From an uncultured delta proteobacterium (lineage in GTDB: Bacteria > Desulfobacterota > Binatia > UBA9968), in contig CAWJZV010000046.1 of the NCBI GenBank assembly GCA_963847445.1, positions 224,001 through 288,000 on the forward strand: 64,000 nt of DNA, read 5' to 3'. The notes below the pieces were generated by a model, which was given only the letters and a program-made list of their open reading frames with translations, made no database searches and had not been told where the DNA came from. A program made the translations under genes and the position numbers. This document shows, in pieces, positions 53,743 through 64,000 of this stretch. How positions within the stretch are numbered: the first letter of the stretch is position 1; the number at the start of each line of letters is the position of its first letter.

Positions 53743-54924
53743 TCACGAATTGGCCTCCGGCGCCACCGGCAGGCCGACAAAAAACCACAGGATCAGCAAA
53801 GCAACGCCGACAAATTCCGGCAGCGCCGGCGAGATATGGCTCAGGGCGCCGCCGAGCATGCCGCCGAGGGACGAGCCGATGAAGCCGAAGGAATTATAAA
53901 CCCCGCTCGCCGTGCCGCGGCCACCGGCGGGCACCTGCTGAGTGAGAAACGCCGGCAGCATCGGTTGGTAGATGCTGTAACCGAAGAAATACGCCGCGCC
54001 GCTGACATATAGAAGCAGTTCGTACTGGGCATTGGCGCCGACCAGATAGATCGCGTAGCCCACCGTCGCCGTGAACCAGCCGATCATGATCGGCCGGCGA
54101 AAGTGGCCGGCTTTTTCGGCGCGGCGCATGTAGGGGAAGACCAGCAAGACGCTGGGCAGGAAGATAATCGAATAGACCTGCCAAAGTTTGGCTTTGTCGA
54201 AACCGATTTCGGTCCAGCTCAACGGGTAGGTGAAAAAAAACAGATTCAACGTAAAGGAAAGCACGAAGGTGGCTGTGAATATCGGCCGTAGTTTTTCTTG
54301 GGCGAGAATCGCTTTGAACGTCATCGGCGCTTCGGCGCTGATGACGCGCCGGTCGGGGGGAAATGACGTGGCGGTCAGAATCATGGCGAGAAATCCCAGC
54401 CCCGCCAATAGGTAGAACAAACCGTTAAGGCCGATCTGCGCGGCGAGCAGCGGCCCGGCGAGCAGGCCGATCATGAACGACGCGCCGATGGCGATGCCGG
54501 TGATGGTGTAAGCTTGAGCGCGCACGCTTGGTCGGGTGAGATCGGCGAGCACTGCGAAGGCGACGGCGCCGACCGCGCCGGTGCCCTGGAGAGCGCGCGC
54601 CAGAATGAGACTGTATATATCGGTTGCCAAGGCGCAGCCGATACTGCCGAGGCTAAAAAGCAGCAGACCGACGAGGAGCACGGGTTTGCGTCCCCAACGG
54701 TCGCTCGCCCAACCTAGCGGAATCTGGAAGACACACTGAATCAGCGCGTAAATGCCGAAGGCGACGCCGGCGAGGGCGGCCGATGCGCCGGGGTAGCGCA
54801 CCGCATAGGCACTGAAGATCGGCAGCATGAGAAAGATCCCGAGCAAGCGCAGCGCCGAGATCAAGCTGACGGTAATAACCGGCGCGATCTCTTCGCGGGT
54901 GAAGGAGTGAGCACTGTCAGCCAA
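53743..54924 (-). CDS. MFS transporter (YajR-like)
   Basis: LRLLGIFLMLP, QIPLGWASDRWGRKP, RALQGTGA, RGTASGVY. Confidence 0.9.
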   Translation of the reverse strand: MADSAHSFTREEIAPVITVSLISALRLLGIFLMLPIFSAYAVRYPGASAALAGVAFGIYALIQCVFQIPLGWASDRWGRKPVLLVGLLLFSLGSIGCALATDIYSLILARALQGTGAVGAVAFAVLADLTRPSVRAQAYTITGIAIGASFMIGLLAGPLLAAQIGLNGLFYLLAGLGFLAMILTATSFPPDRRVISAEAPMTFKAILAQEKLRPIFTATFVLSFTLNLFFFTYPLSWTEIGFDKAKLWQVYSIIFLPSVLLVFPYMRRAEKAGHFRRPIMIGWFTATVGYAIYLVGANAQYELLLYVSGAAYFFGYSIYQPMLPAFLTQQVPAGGRGTASGVYNSFGFIGSSLGGMLGGALSHISPALPEFVGVALLILWFFVGLPVAPEANS

Positions 54925-55035
54925 AGTGAAGCGTGGTCTCCGATGCCGTTGGAATAGACCGTTAAATTACATGCTTTGCCGGAAATAGGAAGAGGGCGGT
55001 GCTGCATGGCGGCCCCGTAAGCTGAGGAGATTTTT

Positions 55036-55322
55036 TCACCACGAAGTGTTTCATGATCTTACGCTCGTCGACAGACAATGAAAATGGATGGAATTCCCTT
55101 TCTATGCTATCTGCTCGACTCGTCATTTTCGCGCACGCGGGAATCCAGGTTTAGTCTGCGCCGAATTAGCCTGGATACCCGCTTTCGCGAGTATGACGGA
55201 GCCCCGGAGGCTCTTCGTTGTGCATATCATCCCCTCACATGTATTTTCGAAGGAGGCGCGAAGGACACGAAGGTTCCGAATTTGAGTCTCATCCTTCGTG
55301 ATCTTCGTGGCCTTCGTGGTGA
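55036..55322. repeat. Nested intergenic repeats (CACGAAG family enclosing family A)
   Basis: TTCACCACGAAG...GTCATTTTCGCGCACGCGGGAATCCAG...CTGGATACCCGCTTTCGCGAGTATGAC...CTTCGTGATCTTCGTGGCCTTCGTGGTG. Confidence 0.65.
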
Positions 55323-55394
55323 GCTGTCCTTTTCCAGATCTTCTTCGGTTGCGGCGGCCGCGCTATGCCCTTGGGTTGAATGCAGTCGAGGCCG

Positions 55395-56289
55395 TTACGC
55401 CGGCGCTACCGGAACCGCGCCTCTGGTGGCGGCGCGGCGCGGCGCGTTGGCTAGTTCGACACCTTCGCTGTCGAAGGCTTTCTTCAGACGGCGGCGATAT
55501 TCGCGGCCGATGGTATTTTGCTGCGCGGGTTGGGTTTTGAATCTCGCCTTTGATCGTTACTGCGACCTCGGTGAAGTTGTCGACGCCGTAAACTTCGATG
55601 GGTTCGATCATCGCCCGGCCAAATTCGGATTCTTTGCGCATGTCGTCGGCGACCCGCCGCATGATATCGACGACTCGGTCGGTATCTTCGTTGTAGGACA
55701 CGGTGACGTCGATGACATAAGCCGACCAGTCCATGGTGGCGTTGGCCAGGGTCGTGATCGAGCCGTTGGGAAAGACATGGACGAGTCCCGCTTGATCGCG
55801 CAGCGCCACGGTGCGGAAGGTGACCGATTCAACCACGCCGCCGGTACCGTTGACGATCGCCATATCGCCGACGCGGATCTGATTCTCCAACAACAGAAAA
55901 AATCCGCTGACCAGATCGCGCACCAAATGCTGCGCGCCGAAGCCGACGGCGAGGCCGACGACTCCGGCGCCGGCGAGGATCGGACCGATGTTGACGCCGA
56001 TCTGGCTGAGCGTGATCAACACCACGACAAACCAAAGCAGCCCGCTGCTGATGGTCCAGAGCACGCTCGACAAAGTCTTGATGCGTTTGGCGGCGGCGCC
56101 CGGATAGGTCTCGCCGTAACCCGTGGTGCGGATCAGCAATGCTTCGAATTGGCTTAAGGCGGCGCGCAGTAGTTTGACGAAGACATAGGCGACGGCCACG
56201 ATGACGGCGATCCGGATGATCCCTTGGAGCGCGTTGACCGCGACGGCCATGATCCTTGTGACGAAAGATTCCCAGGCGATTGGCGACAT
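55395..56289 (-). CDS. Small-conductance mechanosensitive channel (MscS/YbiO-like); indel near 55545
   Basis: LAGAGVVGLAVGFGAQ..V.D..SGFF..LENQ.RVGD, G.VE, FPNG. Confidence 0.9.
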
Positions 56290-56453
56290 GTTGGATTCCC
56301 CCTTGAGCGATAGTTCTTGAACTTTTGTCGCAAGAAATCAGCGCAGATACCAGGCCGAGCGGCAAATCGACCGGTGAAAAATTTCTTGACTTGGATTCAG
56401 GCTGGGATAGGTTGTGCGAATCGTCAATTTGGCGGAAGGACGTTCATATCATC

Positions 56454-57456
56454 ATGCGTAGCGAAACTCCCGGCAGCTATGGGGCAACACTGTTGGCACT
56501 CGCGCTGGCGGTGTTGTTTTCAATTCCTTTTGCTGCACATGGGCAATCGGTGCCTGTAGAAAGTCCGCTTGGCCCTTCCGACCAAGGCGGTTTCCTTCTT
56601 GGCGTTTTATATCGCTCATCGCCGGGGCTTTTACAGAGACGAGGGCATCGAGTTCGAGCCGATTGTCATGCAACCGTCGCTAGCGAGCACGGCGGTGCTT
56701 ACCGGCGACTTGGACTACAACGGCGCGGTTACCGGCGTGATCGGCGCGGCGGTGGCGGGCCGGCCGATGAAAGCAGTGTTGTTTACGGTCGCTCGCCCGT
56801 TGCAGTATTTGATGAGCAGGAACGACATCAAAGACGCGCGCGAGCTTAAAGGCAAAAAAATCGCCGGCAGCTCTCCCGGCGGCACGGTGACGTTCCTGAC
56901 CAAACTTGTGTTGAGAAATGTCGGATTGGATTCCGAGCGCGATGTCTTTCTCAATCCCATGGGTGGGACGGGAGCGAGCCGCCTAGCGGCGCTGGAGTCC
57001 GGCGTGGTCGACGCGGTGATCTTGGAGAGCCCGGATAACTTTCTCGCCCAGCGCAAGGGTTTTCGCGAACTGATTTTCTTCGGCGACCAGGTGGAGTTCC
57101 CGCAAAACGGCTTCGGCACCTCCGAGAAGAAGTTGAAGGAAAATCCCGACGAGGTTTTCCGCATGGTGCGCGCAACGCTGCGCGGCCTAGCGTTCAGCTG
57201 GGACAAACGGAATCACGATCAAGTGATCGACATCGTCATGCGCGAGATGAAACCGATCGGCGCATCACTCGCCAATGAATCTCTCGGGCAGGTGATGCGC
57301 GTCATTACCAAGGATGGTTCGGTCAAATCCGAGTCGATCCAAGTGCTCATCGATTTGGTGCGGGAAAACGCCAAGGTCGCGCGCCCGGTCACGGTCAACC
57401 AGGTGGTGGATTTTTCGTTTTTAGAGAAGGCGCAAAAGGAGCTAAAACTGAAATAG
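56454..57456 (+). CDS. ABC substrate-binding protein, NMT1/THI5-like (indel near 56560)
   Basis: Signal peptide; RGFYRDEGIE, ELKGKKIA, RLAALESGVVDA. Confidence 0.85.
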
Positions 57457-57562
57457 ATTGACGAAAGTTGGCTGGAATAGAAAATAGTGACATTGTCGGC
57501 GGTAACGCGGTGAAGATGCGAAGCTGTAATTCACAAACTACCTGAGAGCATCCGACGATACG

Positions 57563-57607
57563 AAAAGGCGCCGTTTGAGGCATGCTGATGTCTCAAGCGG
57601 CGTTTTT
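57563..57607 (+). terminator. Long G-U-rich intrinsic terminator/attenuator upstream of the giant RHS gene
   Basis: AAAGGCGCCGTTTGAGGCAT-GCTG-ATGTCTCAAGCGGCGTTTTT; all four non-Watson-Crick pairs are G-U on the + strand. Confidence 0.75.
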
Positions 57608-57845
57608 GTACGTGCCTACGACTATGAATACCGACATTCTTGTATGCTGGCTCCCTTGACAGATTGCGTATTTTTGATACAAGCCGCGTCGGCGTAATTG
57701 TGCAAAACCTCCGCCGAGAAAGTGTACGAAGCTTTTATAACTGGAATTTGACTCAACGTTACGCGCCACTAAGAGAGGACGAGCATTCGTACGGATATAA
57801 TGGCGGTTTGTTCCGAGTGCGGCACAGGCGCGGTAAGAGGACTGC

Positions 57846-60800
57846 ATGAAAGCATTTAGATTCGCGCTTGTGACTTTCCTGAGCGCAAGCCTGGCTTTCC
57901 CCCCGTACATGGTTCCTGCGCTGTTTGCCCAGATAACGCCGCCGGTGGGCGACGGCCTGTGGGTGGCAAGCGAGGACACCCTCAGCAAATTTGCCACCGA
58001 CGACGGCCGCAAGTTGGCCCAGCCGGCAAACACAAAGAATCGCGTGCGGCTGGCTGTCGATCCCTCGCGGACAACCCTTTGGGCTTATGGCTCAAGCAAA
58101 TTGTTCGCCTACAACGAGGAGGGACAACAGCTGCTGAGCGCGAGCGTGCCCGCGCCCAATAGCAGTTCGCTCAACGATGCGGCGCTGGCGGTCAACTCCA
58201 GCGATGGCACGGTCTGGTTAGCGATCAAGAAAAGCCTGCATCACTTCAGCCTCCAAGGCCAGCGGATCAAGACGGTGCAACTGAGTAACGACGTGGTCGG
58301 CCTATCGTTCGATCCCGTCACGGGAAAGTTGTGGGTCGCGACCAAAAGCGCGGTTCGGCCCTATGATAACCAATCGGTTGCCGGCGCGGCGTTGGCGTTG
58401 GGAAACAATCCGCAAGTTAAAGCGCTCGCCGTTGACCGCGGCAATGGCGCGGTTTGGGTCGGGCTATCGAATAGTTTGCGGCTGTTTTCATCCAACGGCG
58501 CCCAGCTCTACCAGCGCAGCGTCAATGGCATCGCGCATCTGGCTGAGGACGGCGCCCATGGGGTGTGGGCAGCGAAGCAGGACACGCTCCATCGTTACAG
58601 CCCGACGCTGCAACCTTTGCTCACTGTGAACATCGACGATGACGATGACATTGTCGCCCTAGCGGGTGACGCGCTCGATCAGTCGGTTTGGGTCGCCGGC
58701 GAGGAATCGATCGTTCACCTGGCAGCCGATGGCAGGATCTTGCTGCGTATACTGAGCAAGCGCGGGGATCACGATAAGGATCGGGATCACGACGATGACG
58801 ATGACGAACTGGATGACATTAACGACATCGCACTGATGCGCCAGTCGCCAGGAAACCGCGCGCCAGTGGCGGTTAACGATGCGGCGACGACATTGCTCAA
58901 CACGACGCTGCCGATTCAAGTGCTGGCCAACGACAGCGACCCGGACAACGACCCGCTGACGATCACGGCGGTGACGCAGCCCGCCCATGGCACGGTAACC
59001 AACACTAATACCGTCGCCACCTACACGCCGGCGACGGGATATCTCGGCCTCGACTCTTTTACTTACACGATAGCGGACGGCCAGAATCACACGGCGACCG
59101 CAACCGTTAACATCAGCGTCAATCAAGCGCCGGCGATCACCAGCGCCAACGCGGTGACGTTTATCGTTGGGACCGCCGGGACATTCGCGGTGACGACCAC
59201 CGGTTTCCCGGTGCCGACGATCACGCGCAGCGGTGTGGCGCTGCCCAACGGCGTGACATTTGTGAACAACGGCAACGGCACGGGCACGCTAAGCGGCACG
59301 GCCGCGGCCGGCACCAACGGCAGCTATGCGCTTACGTTTACAGCAAGCAACGGGGTGTCGCCCAACGCCAGCCAGATTTTCACGCTGACGGTAAATTCGG
59401 CTGGACCGGTTAACCGTCCGCCGACGATAACCACCACGGCGGCGACAACGGCCACCGTTGGCCAGCTGTATGGCTACGATGTCGATGCCAGCGATCCCGA
59501 CACGGGTGACGTGCTGACTTTCTCGTTGGATACTTTCCCGTCGGGTATGACGATCAATTCATCCACAGGAGTCATCGAGTGGACTCCGAGCGGTACTCAA
59601 CTTGGCGTTAACAATGTCACGGTGCGCGTGCGCGACCTCACCGGACTGTTCGCTACTCAAAGCTTCACCGTGCAGGTCGCCCCGGCCGCCAATGGTACGC
59701 CGTTTTTCACATCGGCGCCGCCAACGACCGCGATCGTCAGCCAGCTTTATAGTTACGATGCCGATGCCAGCGATCCTGAGGGCGAGGCGTTGACTTTTTC
59801 CTTGGACCAAGCTCCGACGGGCATGACGATCGATCCGAACACGGGCTTGATTCAATGGACGCCGGGGCAAAACCAACTTGACGGCAACAGCGTTGTCGTG
59901 CGGGTGCGCGATGTCGGCGGGCGGTTTGCCAACCAGGCCTTTGTCGTGCAGGTCAACGCAACGCCGACGCTCCCGCCGATCATTACCTCGACACCGGTGG
60001 CCGCGGCCGCCGTCGGCAAACCTTACGGTTACAATGTGATCGCCACCGACCCCGACGCTGGCGACACGGTCACCTATTCGCTCAATGGCGCGCCCTTGGG
60101 CATGACGATCAATAGTACGACGGGCGCGATTGCATGGACGCCGGTTATCACCCAAACCGGCGCACAGAATGTAACGGCGATCGCGAGCGACGGTCGGGGC
60201 GGCAGCGCCGCGCAGACTTTCTCGATCAACGTAAGCGCGGCCCAAGGGAATCGTGCGCCTACCGCTCAGGACGACTTGTACGCCGTGCGCCGAGGCGACA
60301 CGCTGACTGTCCCAGCGCCGGGGGTTTTGCAGAATGATGGCGATCCAGATGGGCAGAACTCTCACATCCGAGCTGGTCGCTGGACCGACAAAGGGCGCAT
60401 TCAATTTTGCCGCCGATGGCTCGTTCAACTACACGCCGGCGCCGCCGTTGGCGAATTCCACCGAGCCGCAGCTAAAATTCAGCTACTCCGATGTCAATCC
60501 CGCGATTAGCATCACGCGCACTCAACCGATCGTCATCGACCTGGATAAGGATGGCGTGCCGGAGATCGTGTTCATTAGCCAAGGACCGTTCGGCACCTGT
60601 AAACTGATCGCCCTCCACGGTAACGACGGCTCAGTGGCATTCTCGCTCAATGCGTATCAGCCGGCCGCGTCGCCGCCGATCGTGCTTTGCGATTCTTTTA
60701 CCGAGCTAGCAGCCGGCGATATCGACGGCGACGGCTTCCCCGAGATCATCGCCGTCGATGGTGATGATGGAATCAACGTGCCTGCACCCAATCGTGACAT

Positions 60801-63800
60801 CTTCCGCCGCCAACTGATCGCGCTCAATCACGATGGAACGCACAAGTGGACCAGTGAAGATATTCTCAGCAAAGACGTGTCCGGCGGCCTTGGCCGTATC
60901 ATCAGCACAGGCGGGTTTCGTAAACCCCTTATCGCCGACCTCGATGGCGACGGTACACCTGAGATATTGGTCGGATATAGCGCGCGGGTGGCGACCTCGC
61001 CAGGGGTGGCCGCCGAGGATTTTGTCACTGCTTTCGACAATCAAGGTCGGATTCTCTGGATCGTCCGTGGCAGCGGGTCGAACGAGGGTCTAAGTCCCGC
61101 CACCGGCACGGTGATCGTCCAGGACATCGATCTCGACGGCAGACCGGAAGTCCTGTACAGCGACGACGTTTATGACAATCAGGGCAATCGGCTCTGGAGC
61201 GCAGCGACTTGTCCTACTTGCAGCCCCCGGGTGAAAGACGTCGTCGTCGCCAATCTCGACGACGATCCTTTCGCCGAAGTCGTTTACTTCGATGGCTTCG
61301 GGCAGGTCTACGTATACGAGCACACCGGCGCCCTAAAATGGGGGCCACTCGACGTGGGAACCGCGGACAGCGCGCTGACCGTCGGCGATGTTGATGGCGA
61401 CGGCAAGGCCGAGATCGTCGTCACGTCCGGCACTAACATTGTGGTCATCGCCGGCGACGGCTCTTCGACCCGCTCGATCCCCGTGCCGCTCGCCACCATA
61501 TTTGACGGCAGCCGTAATACGACGATCTTCGACTTGAACGGCGACGGCAAACCGGAACTTATCCACCAGGGCTTGCGCAGTTCGTTCGACACCGCTTCTC
61601 AGACCGGGGGTTTATTCATCTTTGACGGCGCGACCGGTGCTCTCTTGCATTCCATCAGAGCCGTGCGGGGAAGCGGCGATAGCGGCCCTGTGGTCGCGGA
61701 CGTGAACGGCGACGGCAGCGCGGAAATCGTTACGGGCGGCTGGAACGGCTCGCCGTTGCTCCATGTCTTCGAGGGCAAAAATGGGCCCTGGGCCAAAGCG
61801 CGGCCGATCTACAACCAATACAGTTATAACGTTACCAACGTTAACAGTGACGGGACGATTCCGGCGCACCCGGCACCCAACTGGCTGACGCCTGGGTTGA
61901 ACAACTTCCTGGTCAACATGCCGCTGCCGGAGGAACGGACCGCAGACAAGGATCTGTTTACCTACAAAGCCAACGATGGCGCGCTGGACTCCAACACCGC
62001 GACGGCGCGGATCGACATCCTGCCGCCCAATCACGCGCCCAACATTTTGTCGCAGCCGCCTACGGTGGCGTCGCCGACCATCGAGTATTTGTACGCCGTG
62101 CGTGCGTTCGATGCCGATGTGGGTGAAGTTCTTACATTCACATTGCCTCAGGCGCCCACCGGCATGACCATCGATCCTGCCACCGGTTTAGTGCGCTGGA
62201 CGCCGAGCGCAGGACAGATCGGCCGCCATACGGTAGCGTTGAAAGTTACCGATTCACAGGGAGAATTTGCTTATCAGGGATTCGCCATCGAAGTAGTCGG
62301 AGCAGTGATCGTCCCGGCTGTGATTGGACAAACTCAAGCAGCGGCGCAAAGCGCACTGACCGGTGCCGGGCTTACGGCTGGCACGATCGTTACTGCGGCC
62401 AGTAGCACGGTGCCGGCGGGCCAAGTGATCAGCCAGGGGATCGCTGCGGGTACTCAAGTGCCGGCAGGCTCGGCGGTCAGCCTGGTGATCTCCTCGGGAG
62501 CGCAGACAGCCACCGTACCGAACGTAGTCGGACAAACCCAGGCAGCCGCGCAAAGCGCGATCAACGGCGCCGGTTTGAACATCGGCCTGGTAACCACGGC
62601 GCCAAGCACGAGCGTAGCGGCGGGAAATATCATCAGCCAAGATCCCGTCGGCGGCACGCCGGTCCCTCTCGGCTCCGGTGTTAATTTGATCGTTTCCATC
62701 GGCACCATCAATCTCACCGGCTTGAGCTCCATTGTCGTCGAGCCGGCGACGGCGATCATCCTCGTCGGCGAAGAACAGGCGTACAGCGCCACGGGTGTGT
62801 TCAGCGACGGCACGAGCCAAAACTTGACCGGCATCGTCGGCTGGTCCAGCAGCGCGGCCGCAGTCGCGACGATATCGCCGGTCGGCATCGCCAAAGGCCT
62901 TAGCGACGGCAACACGACGATTCAGGCCAGCGCAAACGCGATCACCGGCAGTGCCACGCTCAACGTGCGCGCGCGCATCGCCGATGGCACGCTGCCCAAC
63001 GCGGTAATTGTCGAGCCGGCAAACAATGCCGAGGTCACCAGTCCGGTTGACGTCGTCGGCAACGCCACCGATGCCAATTTTCTAAAATACGTATTGGACT
63101 ACGCAGTGGCCGGAGAAACCAACTTCACGGTTCTGACCGAAAGCGCCGTGCCGGTGACCAACGGCGTCCTGGGTAAGTTCGACCCGACCATGCTGATCAA
63201 CGATCAGTACACATTGCGGCTGACGGTCTTACGATCGCGGCGGCAATACGCAGCAGGCCAGCGTGAACGTGCAAGTGGCGCGGGATATGAAGATCGGACT
63301 GTTTACAATTACTTTCCAGGATCTCAATGTCGCAGTGTCTGGCCTGCCGATCACGGTTAACCGGACTTACGACAGCCGTGACAAGCGTAGCGGAGATTTC
63401 GGCTTTGGCTGGCGCTTGAATTTACAAACGATGCGGATTCGCACCAATCGAGTGTTGGGCACGGGATGGGTGCGCAACCAAGCAGGCGCGGTCATCAATC
63501 TCACACCGACTGACGCTCATAAAGTCAGTGTCACCTTGCCCGACGGCAGAGTCGAAGAGTTCGACATGCAAGTGTCGCCGACTTCAGGGCTGGGCGCCCT
63601 TGATTTCACCAATGTCGTCGGCTTCACGCCGCGCGCTGGGACCGTCGGCAAGCTGGAAGCTCTCGGCTAACAATGGTCTTGTGATCTTGAACGCGGGAGC
63701 GCGCGATGAACTGGTCGATGACGACACTCTCAATACCTACAACCCGCAGCTTTTCCGCTATACGACGGTAGATGGGAACGCAGATCGAGATTCACCGAAC

Positions 63801-64000
63801 GAGGGCGTGAAGAAGGTCACTGATCTCAACGGCAATACTCTGACCTTCGGTCCCAATGGCATCACGCATTCGTCAGGCAAGGGCATAACCTTTACCCGTG
63901 ATCCAGAGGGGCGGATCACGCAGATTACCGATCCTGCGGGCAACATCCGCACCTATGCTTACGATGTTAATGGCGACTTGATCAGCGCTACCGATCAAGT
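57846..64000 (+). CDS. Giant secreted adhesin/RHS protein (propeller, Ig/He_PIG repeats, FG-GAP, PASTA x2, Big_2, YD/RHS); frameshifts near 60360, 63230, 63670; runs off the window
   Basis: Signal peptide; NRAPVAVND, P.GMTI...TG.I.WTP repeats; DLDGDG.PEI repeats; VP.V.GQTQAAAQSA PASTA-like; RTYDSRDKRSGDFGFGW; TDLNGNTLTF and RDPEGRITQITDPAG YD repeats. Confidence 0.9.

Noticed and set aside
57493-57560. c-di-GMP-I riboswitch upstream of the adhesin
   Set aside because: GATGCGAAGC only loosely resembles GACGCAAAGC, and the GGCAAA and GNRA-tetraloop/receptor elements are absent.
505-63700. Numerous frameshifted genes read as pseudogenes or programmed frameshifts
   Set aside because: Indels hit core genes (asnS, aroG) and occur throughout without slippery-site patterns; this is best explained as long-read consensus error.

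Overview
GC-rich (roughly 60%) bacterial contig. Its NMT1/THI5-type and TctC solute-binding proteins and its many short-period hairpin and REP-like intergenic repeats suggest Ca. Binatia/Deltaproteobacteria (inference). Many genes are broken by single-base indels, typical of unpolished long-read consensus, so split ORFs were rejoined by eye. Layout: (i) 1-23.6 kb housekeeping and transport genes (MFS x4, ppnP, GrpB with a near-consensus sigma54 promoter, DEAD helicase, TctC, PaiB, LOG, gluconate-2-DH-like pair, DUF2235, DAHP synthase, asnS); (ii) 24.3-31.7 kb Type III-like R-M island (res, DUF1016, mod, DUF429 remnant); (iii) 32-50 kb putative redox-stress island, the main finding. A MEDS-GAF-GAF sigma54 activator sits divergent from a sigma54 promoter that drives STAS, an ECF sigma factor and a zf-HC2 anti-sigma. 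Seven copies of an ECF-type promoter, (G/A)(C/T)A(A/T)C-N17-C(A/G)TCTAA, all on the minus strand, head the other transcription units. These encode a selenocysteine (UxxC) exported redoxin with msrPQ, a second anti-sigma, glucose dehydrogenase, an aquaporin, a DM13-like protein, two HbpS/GlcG proteins, two gluconolactonases and an FMN reductase; (iv) 50-57.5 kb mtgA, mutY and transporters; (v) 57.8 kb to the end, a giant secreted Ig/FG-GAP/PASTA/RHS protein behind a structured leader.
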